From Candidatus Dojkabacteria bacterium (lineage in GTDB: Bacteria > Patescibacteriota > Dojkabacteria > B142 > JAFGMG01), in the NCBI GenBank assembly GCA_016927655.1, contig JAFGMG010000003.1:1-57456 (forward strand): a DNA stretch of 57,456 nt, given 5' to 3'. Shown in pieces: positions 18,610 to 27,984 of the stretch. The position numbers and the translations under genes were made by a program. The notes below the pieces were generated by a model that was given only the letters and a program-made list of their open reading frames with translations, did not search any database and was not told where the DNA came from. Positions within the stretch are counted from its first letter, which is position 1, and the number at the start of each line of letters is the position of its first letter.

Positions 18610-19566
18610 ATGAAGGGAAAATGGAAAAAATATTTTGACATCTATGGGTTCGATCTATTCTTTATAGGATGTCTGCTGTTCTCGTTGATTTCTCTTGCCA
18701 GCAGCATTTTCATCCTGGATTTACTCCTAATTGCATCAGGATTATTCGCGCTTCCTGTTTTTATTTATCTGCTATTTAAACCTTTTTCCTATAATCCAAG
18801 AACTACATTTATTAAGATCAGCCACAAGCCTTCTAATTTACGGCTTGTATTTATCACGGACCTGCATTTTCATGAGTTTATGCCAAAGAATTATTACAAA
18901 AAAGCTTTTGAAAAAATAAATACCCTGAAGCCCACGGCAATTCTGTTTGGAGGCGATTTCGTCCACGATAGAAATACGAACTTTAGGCAGCTCGAAGAAC
19001 TGAGAATTTTAAACGCAAAGCACAAAATCGGCATACTTGGAAATCATGACTATGATATTAGAAAAGGAGATTTTCAAAAAGATCTTATTAGAACAGAAAA
19101 CTTCAAATACGGAGATCTGGTTGAAAAAGAACTGGAGAAAAACGGGATAACAATTTTGCGGAACGAAAATTTTGAAATTGGAGGAGTCAATGTATTTGGA
19201 CTTGATTCGCTTTGGGCAAAGAAGAACGACCTTTCAAAATACAAACCCGGAGAATTCAATATAATCCTGGCTCACAATCCAAGACTGGTTGAAGAAATGA
19301 ATGAAGTAAATGCCAAAGGCGTCAATTTTGTCCTTTGCGGCCATAATCATGGCGGCGGGCAGATAAGGCTGAATAAATGGATTTCGGCTCATGTATTGAT
19401 GGGACTTATTCAGCCAATCTGGTTCAAAGCTTTCGGAAGATGGGTGTCTGGGAGCTACAAGAACAAAGCGGGGATAAAGATGTTTCTAAACCGCGGACTT
19501 GGTGTAACTGGTATTTCTGCACGCATCAACTGCCCGCCAGAGATCACAATAATCGACATTAAATAA
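18610..19566 (+). CDS. membrane-anchored metallophosphoesterase (YkuE-like)
   Basis: TDLH, GGDF, GNHD, LAHNP, GHNHGG, RINCPPEI; two N-terminal TM segments; start 18610 or 18568. Confidence 0.92.
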   Translation: MKGKWKKYFDIYGFDLFFIGCLLFSLISLASSIFILDLLLIASGLFALPVFIYLLFKPFSYNPRTTFIKISHKPSNLRLVFITDLHFHEFMPKNYYKKAFEKINTLKPTAILFGGDFVHDRNTNFRQLEELRILNAKHKIGILGNHDYDIRKGDFQKDLIRTENFKYGDLVEKELEKNGITILRNENFEIGGVNVFGLDSLWAKKNDLSKYKPGEFNIILAHNPRLVEEMNEVNAKGVNFVLCGHNHGGGQIRLNKWISAHVLMGLIQPIWFKAFGRWVSGSYKNKAGIKMFLNRGLGVTGISARINCPPEITIIDIK

Positions 19567-19580
19567 TTCCCTTCTCTCTG

Positions 19581-19589
19581 TGCTATAAT
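19581..19589 (+). promoter_or_regulatory. extended -10 promoter of the valS leader
   Basis: TG-C-TATAAT. Confidence 0.65.
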
Positions 19590-19595
19590 TAAATC

Positions 19596-19800
19596 ACTTC
19601 CGGAAATAACGTCCCCGGATTTGAAGGAGGAAGAACGCAGAGTGTGAAATAATTTTGCAAGTAGAACCTCCCGGGATTAGCTCCGCAAAAAGCTTTTAAT
19701 GAGTGAAACAAAGGGTGGTACCGTCTTAGTTATTTACAAGAGTTTACAAAAGACCCCTGTCAGATCACAATAGTATTTTGTGGTTTGGCAGGGGTTTTTC
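19596..19800 (+). promoter_or_regulatory. T-box riboswitch leader of valS
   Basis: T-box AAGGGTGGTACCGTC (19711-19725); antiterminator AGGG/CCCU plus GUCUU/AAGAC with UGGUACC bulge; GAA/AGUA S-turn stem; IIA/B-like CGGG-AUUAGC-UCCG..AGCU; competing terminator. Confidence 0.85.
19753..19799 (+). terminator. T-box intrinsic terminator
   Basis: ACCCCTGTCAGATCACAA / TTGTGGTTTGGCAGGGGT stem (with G.U pairs) plus U-run; overlaps the 3' arm of the antiterminator. Confidence 0.8.
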
Positions 19801-19831
19801 ATTTGATATTTTCATGTTAGACTAAAATACA

Positions 19832-22800
19832 ATGCTACCAAAAGGACCATACAATTCCGGAAATACTGAGCCAGAGATTTTGAAATACTGGCTTGATGGG
19901 AAATTTTTTAAACCTGAATATCATCCTGAACGCGGTCTTCTTTCGACGGAAGAAATGAAAACGGATGGCAGAGAGCCGTTTTGCATAGTTAATCCCCCGC
20001 CAAATGCCTATATGAGACCGCATATTGGAAATGTCTCAGGATACGCTTACCAAGATGTCTTCCTCAGGTACAACAGGATGAAAGGCAAAAAAGTCCTTGG
20101 CCAGCCCGGAAAAGATCACGCAGGAATCCAAGGAGAAGTCGTTTTGGAGAAAATTTTCTGGGAAAACAAAAAAAAGACGAAACAGGACATGGGCCGTGAC
20201 AAATTCTACAAGGCTTCATACTCACATTTCCTAAAGCTCATGCCGATGGTAATGGCTGATGAGCAAAGAATCGGATTATCAAGCGATTATGATCGTAATA
20301 TTTTCACACTTGATCCGAAAATCGTAAAAACTGTTTTAGGGACATTTACAAAAATGTTTGAAGACAAGATGGTTTACAAGGGAGTAAGGATTGTAAACTG
20401 GGATCCTATTGCAAAAACCACACTTGCTGACATTGATACGGAACGCGAAGAAAGAGACGGAGAGCTGGTTTATATCAATTATCCTATTGCCGGCGAAAAC
20501 AAAAAGCCAAAAATAAAAACTATTGTTTTTGACATTTACGGAGTTGTTGTAAAGGCAGATGAGCAAAAAACAATTGATCAGGAAATTATCGCGCTCATTA
20601 AAGATTTGAAGCATCAAAATTATAAAATCGGGCTTTTATCAAATACTAAAGAAGAAAATCTTGTTGAGCATGACAGTGATGGCCAATATTTAAAGCTATT
20701 CGATTTCCAGTATTTCGCGGCAGATACAAATAATCCGAAACCAGATCCAAAAGCCTACGAGAAATTTGAAGAAAAGTATAGTTTAAAACCAGAAGAGATT
20801 TTATTTATTGATGATAATATTGAAAATCTTTCGCCTGCAAAAAAACGCGGGTGGATAACTTTTCATTATCAGGATAATACAGAAAATCTGAAAAAATTTA
20901 TCGAGACTGGCCGGGAATACCTAACCGTCGCTACCACCCGCGCAGAAACTATGCTTGGAGATACTGCCGTTGTCATAAATCCAAAGGACGAAAGATACAA
21001 GGATCTAATCGGAAAGAAGTTAATTTTACCGCTCGTTGACCGGGAAATTCCAGTTATCACCTCCCCTCATGTTGATATGGAATTTGGAACAGGTGCTGTC
21101 AAACTTACCCCTGCTCACTCCATGGACGACTACAAAATGATGAATGAATGGAATGTTGAAAATGGTGAAGAAAAAAAAGTCGGATATATAAATGTCATCG
21201 ACAAAGATGCCAAGATGACCGGACCGATTCCTGAAAAATATAAGGGCCTAACTACTGAAGAATGCCGAGAAGAAATTAGCAAAGACCTGGAAAAACAAGG
21301 CTTAATTGTCAAACGCGAGCCGCACAAAATGAACGTCATGATCGGAGAGAGATCAAAAGCCGTAGTTGAGCAGATTATGTCTTCTCAGTGGTTCATTGAT
21401 GTAGAAAAACTAAAGCAGCCTGCAATTGATGCTGTCAAAAATGGCGAAGTGCAGATTCATCCTGATTATATGAAGAAAAAATATCTTCATTGGATGGAAA
21501 ATCTCCATGACTGGCCGGTTTCCAGATCGCTTTGGTGGGGATATAGAATACCGGTTTGGTACAAAGGTGAAGTTAAAGAAGAAGTAAACCAGGAAACGGG
21601 GCAGATTATTGAAACCATCAACGGCGTTCAAGTAGATGGTATTTACGACGCGGTTGCAAAAGGTCTAGCTAAAGTGCAAATCGACGAGCCAGGATCGGAA
21701 AATCGAAAGAATTTATTCTTGATCCCAGGTAAACACGGGTATGCAAATAGGAAGCTCTTTCCAGAAATCAAAAATGAATATCCTCATGCAGCAATTTTGG
21801 ACGTAAAAGGATTAGATGACCCAGAATACAAAAATTATGTCGACGAGTTTAAGAAATATGACTTTGATGAAGCCTCCATCATTGTCGCCCACTCTTTAGG
21901 AACAAGGGCTATTCTAAGGTATTTGCTAGACAATAAAATCAAAGTAAACAGTTTAATAATGCTTGCTCCAGGATGTAGGAAGCCAAGATCAAATGGACGA
22001 GATCAAAAATATCTAGATTTAATCACAAATGCTCACGACTATGACCAATTGAAAGATCTAATTAAAAACATTGACATCGTGTATTCAGATAACGACGAAT
22101 TGATGACCCTGAAAAATTTTGAAGATTTTGTAAAGCTTATCCCTGGAGCAAAGGCCCATTTAGAGAAAAATAAAATGCATTATGCTAGCTCTGACTATGG
22201 GAATAGATCAGAAATAGTTAAAGGACTGCTTAAAGAAAAACTTGATGCGAATATTGAAAACAATTTGACCAAATTCACAGTCGTCCGCCACGCACAGACC
22301 GATCACAACAAAATAAAAGCTTTCTGCGGCTCGCTTGATCCCAAACTCAATAGAACCGGGCAGGTTCAAGCCGAGATGTTTGCCAGGACACTCAAAGAAT
22401 CAAACGAAAAATACGACATGATCATCAGCTCCGATCTGAAACGCGCAAAAGAAACTGCAGAAATTATCGCAAAGGAGCTCAAATTAGAAGTTATCAGTAC
22501 AGAATTGATCAGAGAAAGAGATTTCGGAATTCTTGAAGGGAAAACATGGCAGCAGGTCGAAACAGAATATCCAAAACTCGCAAAGAAAATCGAAGAACAA
22601 TATCAGGAAGAAATTCCTGAAGGAGAAAGTATAAACAAAGTCGAAGACAGGGTGCGAGCATTCCTTGATATGATTCGCAATGATTATTCCGGTAAAAAAA
22701 TTCTTCTTGTCACACACTTTGGAATAATCAGAATCCTAAAAAGAGAATTATTAGGCGAAACTCCAGAAGAATCAAGGAAAGGCCAGATAGACAATCTTCA

Positions 22801-23659
22801 GAGATTTGAGATGAGAATCAAACCAGAATCTGACTGGATTCAGGATCTAGATGTTTTTGATACATGGTTCTCCTCTGGTCAGTGGGCTTACGCGCCCTTG
22901 ATCGCAAATGACTTGATCGATACTTTCTACCCAACAGACATTATGGAGACTATGCATGACATTTTAGAATTGTGGGTAAGCCGGATGATGATGCTAAGTC
23001 TTTATACTCAAAAGAAAATTCCATTTAAACATGTTTATCTGCATGGAATGGTTAAAGCCGCCGATGGACAGAAAATGAGTAAATCTAAAGGGAATGTAGT
23101 TCTTCCCGAAGAAATAATCGAGAAATATGGCGCAGATTCCCTGAGACTAATGTATCTGGTTGGGAATAAAGCCGGAGCAAGCTACCCTGTCAGCTATGAA
23201 AAACTCGAAGGCTATAAAAGATTTCTGAATAAAATCTGGAACGCAAGCAAATTTGTGCTCTCGAACACGGAGAATATCAAACCTTCAGACAAAAGCTCAA
23301 ATAAAGAAGATAAAAAACTACTAAGAGAGCTCATGACACTCAAGCAGACCATTATCAGACATATCGACAATTACCGTATTGGAATGGCAGCAGAGGAGCT
23401 CTACAGCCATTTCTGGCACTATTTCTGTGATGTGTTCCTCGAAGAGGTTAAACCGAGATTGTATACAAAAGACAGGGAAGGTAATCCAATAAATCAAGGA
23501 CCAAAGGAACAGAAATCAAGAAAAGAAGCTCAATCTGTTCTACTTTATGCCCTTAGAGAATACATGAAAATGCTAAATCCTTTCATACCATTTATTACAG
23601 AGAGGATTTGGCAGGAAATTGAGCCTGAAAAAACGATTATGTATGAATCGTGGGTTTAA
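19832..23659 (+). CDS. valS: valyl-tRNA synthetase with inserted HAD, alpha/beta-hydrolase and histidine-phosphatase domains
   Basis: PPPN..HIGN, DHAGI, ATTRAET, GTGAVKLTPAH, DWPVSRSLWWGYRIP, DVFDTWFSS, KMSKS; no C-terminal coiled coil. Confidence 0.95.
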   Translation: MLPKGPYNSGNTEPEILKYWLDGKFFKPEYHPERGLLSTEEMKTDGREPFCIVNPPPNAYMRPHIGNVSGYAYQDVFLRYNRMKGKKVLGQPGKDHAGIQGEVVLEKIFWENKKKTKQDMGRDKFYKASYSHFLKLMPMVMADEQRIGLSSDYDRNIFTLDPKIVKTVLGTFTKMFEDKMVYKGVRIVNWDPIAKTTLADIDTEREERDGELVYINYPIAGENKKPKIKTIVFDIYGVVVKADEQKTIDQEIIALIKDLKHQNYKIGLLSNTKEENLVEHDSDGQYLKLFDFQYFAADTNNPKPDPKAYEKFEEKYSLKPEEILFIDDNIENLSPAKKRGWITFHYQDNTENLKKFIETGREYLTVATTRAETMLGDTAVVINPKDERYKDLIGKKLILPLVDREIPVITSPHVDMEFGTGAVKLTPAHSMDDYKMMNEWNVENGEEKKVGYINVIDKDAKMTGPIPEKYKGLTTEECREEISKDLEKQGLIVKREPHKMNVMIGERSKAVVEQIMSSQWFIDVEKLKQPAIDAVKNGEVQIHPDYMKKKYLHWMENLHDWPVSRSLWWGYRIPVWYKGEVKEEVNQETGQIIETINGVQVDGIYDAVAKGLAKVQIDEPGSENRKNLFLIPGKHGYANRKLFPEIKNEYPHAAILDVKGLDDPEYKNYVDEFKKYDFDEASIIVAHSLGTRAILRYLLDNKIKVNSLIMLAPGCRKPRSNGRDQKYLDLITNAHDYDQLKDLIKNIDIVYSDNDELMTLKNFEDFVKLIPGAKAHLEKNKMHYASSDYGNRSEIVKGLLKEKLDANIENNLTKFTVVRHAQTDHNKIKAFCGSLDPKLNRTGQVQAEMFARTLKESNEKYDMIISSDLKRAKETAEIIAKELKLEVISTELIRERDFGILEGKTWQQVETEYPKLAKKIEEQYQEEIPEGESINKVEDRVRAFLDMIRNDYSGKKILLVTHFGIIRILKRELLGETPEESRKGQIDNLQRFEMRIKPESDWIQDLDVFDTWFSSGQWAYAPLIANDLIDTFYPTDIMETMHDILELWVSRMMMLSLYTQKKIPFKHVYLHGMVKAADGQKMSKSKGNVVLPEEIIEKYGADSLRLMYLVGNKAGASYPVSYEKLEGYKRFLNKIWNASKFVLSNTENIKPSDKSSNKEDKKLLRELMTLKQTIIRHIDNYRIGMAAEELYSHFWHYFCDVFLEEVKPRLYTKDREGNPINQGPKEQKSRKEAQSVLLYALREYMKMLNPFIPFITERIWQEIEPEKTIMYESWV

Positions 23660-24342
23660 ATAATTTTAGCCTCTTCTTGTATGCGTGCCACTACTTCGTC
23701 AGCCTCAGATTGATTGAAAAGTTCTAGATATTTATTTGGGCATCCCACATCGGACAACATAGCAATATTCCCAAAAAGATGATATGCCTTAGCTGCTTTG
23801 GGCCAGATTAATGCATCTTCCGGAAGTTCCTGACTACACAGTATTAAATTTAAATCCCCTTCGGGCAGATCTCTTAACATCCCCCAGTATCCCCCAATGG
23901 TTGTAACATTTCTCAATTCTTCCTCCAGATTCACTCGATTTTGCCCTCCTTGATTGATCTGCGTTTCGAGAAATGCCTTGATAGGAATACTTGTATTTTG
24001 AGCAGCAATCACCCTATGAGGAGCACTTGTGTATTGATTTAAGAGCCTGGTGCGAGTCACGGAAGGCAGGCTGGTTTGACTCACCAGTCTGCCGTTCAAA
24101 TCCAAAATCTCTTCAATGGGCACGCCCATTGCTATACAATTTCCTAACTCTCCTGTGTCAATCTGAATCAATCTATTTACTAGATCATGCGTATTCTTGA
24201 TGGCCTGCGGTAAAACCAAACCATTACCAAGCAATTCTAATACCAATCCAGCTTTTCGCGACGATACTCCATGAAGAGTACTCCCGACAGAAATCAATTC
24301 TGCTGGCCGGAATTGCGGTGATTGCCTAAGCTCTGGAAGCAT
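23656..24342 (-). CDS. hypothetical protein
   Basis: 228-aa ORF; start overlaps the tatD stop (TAATG); no recognisable motif. Confidence 0.6.
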   Translation of the reverse strand: MLPELRQSPQFRPAELISVGSTLHGVSSRKAGLVLELLGNGLVLPQAIKNTHDLVNRLIQIDTGELGNCIAMGVPIEEILDLNGRLVSQTSLPSVTRTRLLNQYTSAPHRVIAAQNTSIPIKAFLETQINQGGQNRVNLEEELRNVTTIGGYWGMLRDLPEGDLNLILCSQELPEDALIWPKAAKAYHLFGNIAMLSDVGCPNKYLELFNQSEADEVVARIQEEAKII

Positions 24343-25211
24343 TAAAGATTTTTAAGCAAATGGCCTAAATTCCCGGGTTCATTTCTCTCCCCTCTTTTTG
24401 GCTCTGGGGCCAAAAAAGGTGCATCTGTTTCAAATATAAATCCTGCCTCATACATTTTCTCCAAATCCCCAAGCTCGAAAAACTTTTTGTAAACATTTCT
24501 AATTATTTTGGCGTTTTTAAAGGTAATTATTCCATTTACTCCGATAAAATAACCCCTTGATAAAATTTCTTCCACCTTCTTACGAAAATTCTCTTCATCA
24601 TCATCAATATCCGGAGTCAAAGAATGAAAAACTGCCGTTTGCTCCGGGATTTTCTCTTCTTGTAGGATTTCCAGACATAAATTGATTGCATTTCTACTAT
24701 GGATTGTCAGTGGCTTTTTTGTCTGTTTACTTAGTTCACAATGCATTTTAAATAAACGCTCCTGTCTTTCAAGTGATTTCTGCGCCTGCACTTCATTCAA
24801 TTCTCCAGCTACAAGAGCCTTTGTGAACCAAAAATTATCCAGCCCGGTCTCCCCTACCATCAGAACTTTTTCATCTTCTGCCAATTCTTCCAAATCACTA
24901 TTCCAATCATCCAGCTGTTTATCAAAATCAGCATCTGAAAGATTAGAAATTTTTTCATCAAACAAATCACTTCCAGGAATGAGGTTTTCTGGATCAATGC
25001 CCACCGAAGCGTAAACCAGTTCGTATTTCTCGGTATTCTGAATAGCTTTTTTGGAAGATTCAATATTTATTCCAATGTCAATTATTACCTCGACACCGGA
25101 AGATTGTGCGCGCTTAACGACGTCATCTCGATCATTATCGAAAGTTGAATCATTTAAATGGCAATGAGAATCAAATAGCGACGCATTTTTGACAATATCA
25201 ATAAACCTCAC
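24342..25211 (-). CDS. tatD: TatD-family DNase/hydrolase
   Basis: DSHCH, GETGLD, IHSR, FHS, ETDAPFLAP, NEP; adjacent to metG as is typical. Confidence 0.92.
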   Translation of the reverse strand: MRFIDIVKNASLFDSHCHLNDSTFDNDRDDVVKRAQSSGVEVIIDIGINIESSKKAIQNTEKYELVYASVGIDPENLIPGSDLFDEKISNLSDADFDKQLDDWNSDLEELAEDEKVLMVGETGLDNFWFTKALVAGELNEVQAQKSLERQERLFKMHCELSKQTKKPLTIHSRNAINLCLEILQEEKIPEQTAVFHSLTPDIDDDEENFRKKVEEILSRGYFIGVNGIITFKNAKIIRNVYKKFFELGDLEKMYEAGFIFETDAPFLAPEPKRGERNEPGNLGHLLKNL

Positions 25212-25253
25212 AGAATCAATTTAATCCCAGGCATCATAACTACTTCTATGCAA

Positions 25254-27413
25254 TTAGTCAAAGAGTTGCGGGGCCACGTCTATCAATGTTTCTCCAAGAT
25301 TATCCTCTCCAACGGATAATTTATAAATTCCGTTATGATCTGTTCCTATGCCGATTTCATCTTCTGCCAGAATCATACCAGCGGATTCAATTCCCCTTAT
25401 ATTTTTCTTTTCCAGGCGAACTTTCTTTCTTTCATTTAGTAATAATCCAGGAATTAGCTCCCCTTCGCCAAGAAATGGCACGATGTCGCCAACCTCGATA
25501 TTCTCGGCGCCAGTTACGATTGTTTGCTCTTTTTTTCCGTCAGTAACAGCCACAAGAAGCAATCGATCAGCATCAGGATGCTTTTCAATTTTTGTGATTT
25601 TGACAATTTTAATTGGCTTTAGAAGTGCTTCTCTATCGATCTCTTCTCCCTCTTCTTCTAGAATTGGAATATCACTTTCCTCAAATTTTCTAAATAACGG
25701 TCTCACCTCGCCAAGTCTTGGATAGCCGGTAATTGACTCAAATCTAAAAAGATCTTTTCCAACTGCTGGTTCTTCAACATCAACACCCAGCATTTCGGAT
25801 AGTCTTTTAAATGCCTCTGGGAAGAACGGCCTAATGAGAATTCTTAGAGCTTCGACGATATTGAGTAAATTGTACATTTCATTCTCAGCTTTAACCTTAT
25901 CTTCTTTAATCAACTCCCAAATCTTAGAATCGTTGAAATAACTATTCCCCTGGCTGGACAAATTATTCATTAACGTTTCTAGAGCTAATGAAAATTTACA
26001 TTCATCTAAATACTTACCGATTAAATCTATCTTGTTTTTAAATTCAATTTCCAATTCACCTTTCAATTCGCGATTCTCAAAGTTTTTCTTATAAAAAACT
26101 AACGTCCTGTTTATAAAATTTCCCAGATTCGCTACCAGTTCGTTATTATTTGCATCCACGAATCTCTGCCAGGTGAAATTTGATTCTTTATTCTCGGGCA
26201 GATTACTTAAAATATAGTACCTGACAGCATCAGTGCCAAATTTGTCAGCAATTTCTTTAGAATCAACAATATTTCCCCTGCTCTTAGAAAACTTTGCATT
26301 GTTAAAGTTCATAAATTTATTTACAGCCACATTTCGCGGCAGTGTATAGCCTTTCTCAGCCCCTATTAATTGCCCCGGCCACATCAAAGCGTGGAAAACA
26401 AGATTGTCCTGCCCCATGAAATAATAGTGTTCAGACTCCTCATCGAGCCACCATTCTTTCCAGTCCTTTGACTGCCCGGCATATTCGCGGAAAATATAAT
26501 CACCGTTCACATCCTTTTTCATCTCATTCAAAGAACCTTTCGCGTATTCACTCCACTCTTGCGGAGCAGATAAATAACCAGTAACCGCCTCAAACCAGAC
26601 GTAAATTTTCTTTTTGTCAATATTTTCGATTAATTTATCCTGTGGAATTCTATCTTTTGGCAATTCAATCCCCCAATCGATATCACGAGTGATCGCTCTT
26701 TTCTGCATTCCTTCATTGAGCCAGCCAGCAGCTTCTTTGTAAACCCAGTTTCTCCAAACCTCAGACTTCTTCACTCCATCTAGCTTTCCCTCCAGATAAT
26801 CCTCCAATTTCCCTTGAAGTGCTCCAAAATCCAGGAAATAGTGCTCAGTATCTTTCAGTTCGACTTTTTCGCCGGTTTTTCTGCTCACCGGATCAATCAG
26901 CTCCCCATCGTTTAGCCATCTTCCGCAATTCTCACACTGATCAGCCCTTTGCTCTGTTGCTTTGCAATGCGGACAGGTCCCTTCTACGTACCTATCCGGC
27001 AGAAATTCATCATCTTCGGCACTATAATATTGCTTTGTCACATCTTTAATGATGAAGTCATTATTTAGCAGATCAATAAACAAATCTTGAACAACTTTTT
27101 TGTGATTTTCCGTTGTCGTTTTTGTATATAAACTGTAATCCAGATCGTACTGTTCAAAAAGTTCAATGTCTTTTTTGTGATATTTCTCAATAACTTCCTG
27201 CGGAGTTATCCCTTCTTTGTCAGCCTGCACAGTAATAGGTGTGCCGTGACAATCAGAACCCGAGACCATCAGGACATCATTTCCCCGCAGTCTCTGATAT
27301 CTGGAGAATACATCCGCTGGCAACAAGTATCCTGCCAAATGCCCAACGTGAATATTTCCATTTACATAAGGCCATGCGACTGCGATAAGAATTTTCTTTG
27401 ACAAGAGAATCAA
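25254..27413 (-). CDS. metG: methionyl-tRNA synthetase with C-terminal tRNA-binding OB fold
   Basis: AWPYVNG..HVGH, GSDCHGTP, two CxxC knuckles, YVWFEA, KFSKS, ANLGNFINR. Confidence 0.97.
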   Translation of the reverse strand: MILLSKKILIAVAWPYVNGNIHVGHLAGYLLPADVFSRYQRLRGNDVLMVSGSDCHGTPITVQADKEGITPQEVIEKYHKKDIELFEQYDLDYSLYTKTTTENHKKVVQDLFIDLLNNDFIIKDVTKQYYSAEDDEFLPDRYVEGTCPHCKATEQRADQCENCGRWLNDGELIDPVSRKTGEKVELKDTEHYFLDFGALQGKLEDYLEGKLDGVKKSEVWRNWVYKEAAGWLNEGMQKRAITRDIDWGIELPKDRIPQDKLIENIDKKKIYVWFEAVTGYLSAPQEWSEYAKGSLNEMKKDVNGDYIFREYAGQSKDWKEWWLDEESEHYYFMGQDNLVFHALMWPGQLIGAEKGYTLPRNVAVNKFMNFNNAKFSKSRGNIVDSKEIADKFGTDAVRYYILSNLPENKESNFTWQRFVDANNNELVANLGNFINRTLVFYKKNFENRELKGELEIEFKNKIDLIGKYLDECKFSLALETLMNNLSSQGNSYFNDSKIWELIKEDKVKAENEMYNLLNIVEALRILIRPFFPEAFKRLSEMLGVDVEEPAVGKDLFRFESITGYPRLGEVRPLFRKFEESDIPILEEEGEEIDREALLKPIKIVKITKIEKHPDADRLLLVAVTDGKKEQTIVTGAENIEVGDIVPFLGEGELIPGLLLNERKKVRLEKKNIRGIESAGMILAEDEIGIGTDHNGIYKLSVGEDNLGETLIDVAPQLFD

Positions 27414-27432
27414 CTAATAGCTATAGACCTGA

Positions 27433-27978
27433 TTATACAGTAACCCCGGACTCTTTCGTAGAGTCTGTTTTTTCAAAAGCAACTTTCTGAACTTCTTCTG
27501 TTTTCTGCTTTCGTGTCCCAAAACTCAAAAAACCTTCAATTATTACAAATAGTAAAATGATCGTACCTGCAATTGCAAGATCAAATCCAAGAAAAACCCT
27601 TAATAAAATCAGACTATCAATCAAGGCTACCACCAGCCCGGATCTTCTGTAAGCTACAAGATAGCGCGGACTCTCATAGAATTTTCTAAAAAACATTTTG
27701 TCCACCATTATTTGAAATGTACTCAATCCCGAGAATATCGCCGCACTAAAGAACGCGCCGACCAGCATCAAATTCGGATAATTAATATAATCAGAAAGAA
27801 TACCCAGCTCAATACTTTCATTAATGTACGCAATAGTTCCAGTTTGTGTATCAATCTCCTCAGAAGCAAGGCCCTCACTTAATTTCTCGAAATCAAGCGG
27901 GGGCTGATTGTCCAGCAGAAAAAAAAAGACAAATCCGAAGAAAACTGTAAGCAGTGCAAAAATTGCGGCAGTTCGCAT
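27433..27978 (-). CDS. hypothetical membrane protein (about 4 TM)
   Basis: Hydrophobic segments; co-oriented operon-like spacing. Confidence 0.7.
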   Translation of the reverse strand: MRTAAIFALLTVFFGFVFFFLLDNQPPLDFEKLSEGLASEEIDTQTGTIAYINESIELGILSDYINYPNLMLVGAFFSAAIFSGLSTFQIMVDKMFFRKFYESPRYLVAYRRSGLVVALIDSLILLRVFLGFDLAIAGTIILLFVIIEGFLSFGTRKQKTEEVQKVAFEKTDSTKESGVTV

Positions 27979-27984
27979 AAGTTT

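Noticed and set aside
20510..22825. Inteins or introns as the explanation for the valS inserts
   Set aside because: No Cys/Ser...His-Asn splice motifs or homing endonuclease motifs; the inserts are in-frame hydrolase folds
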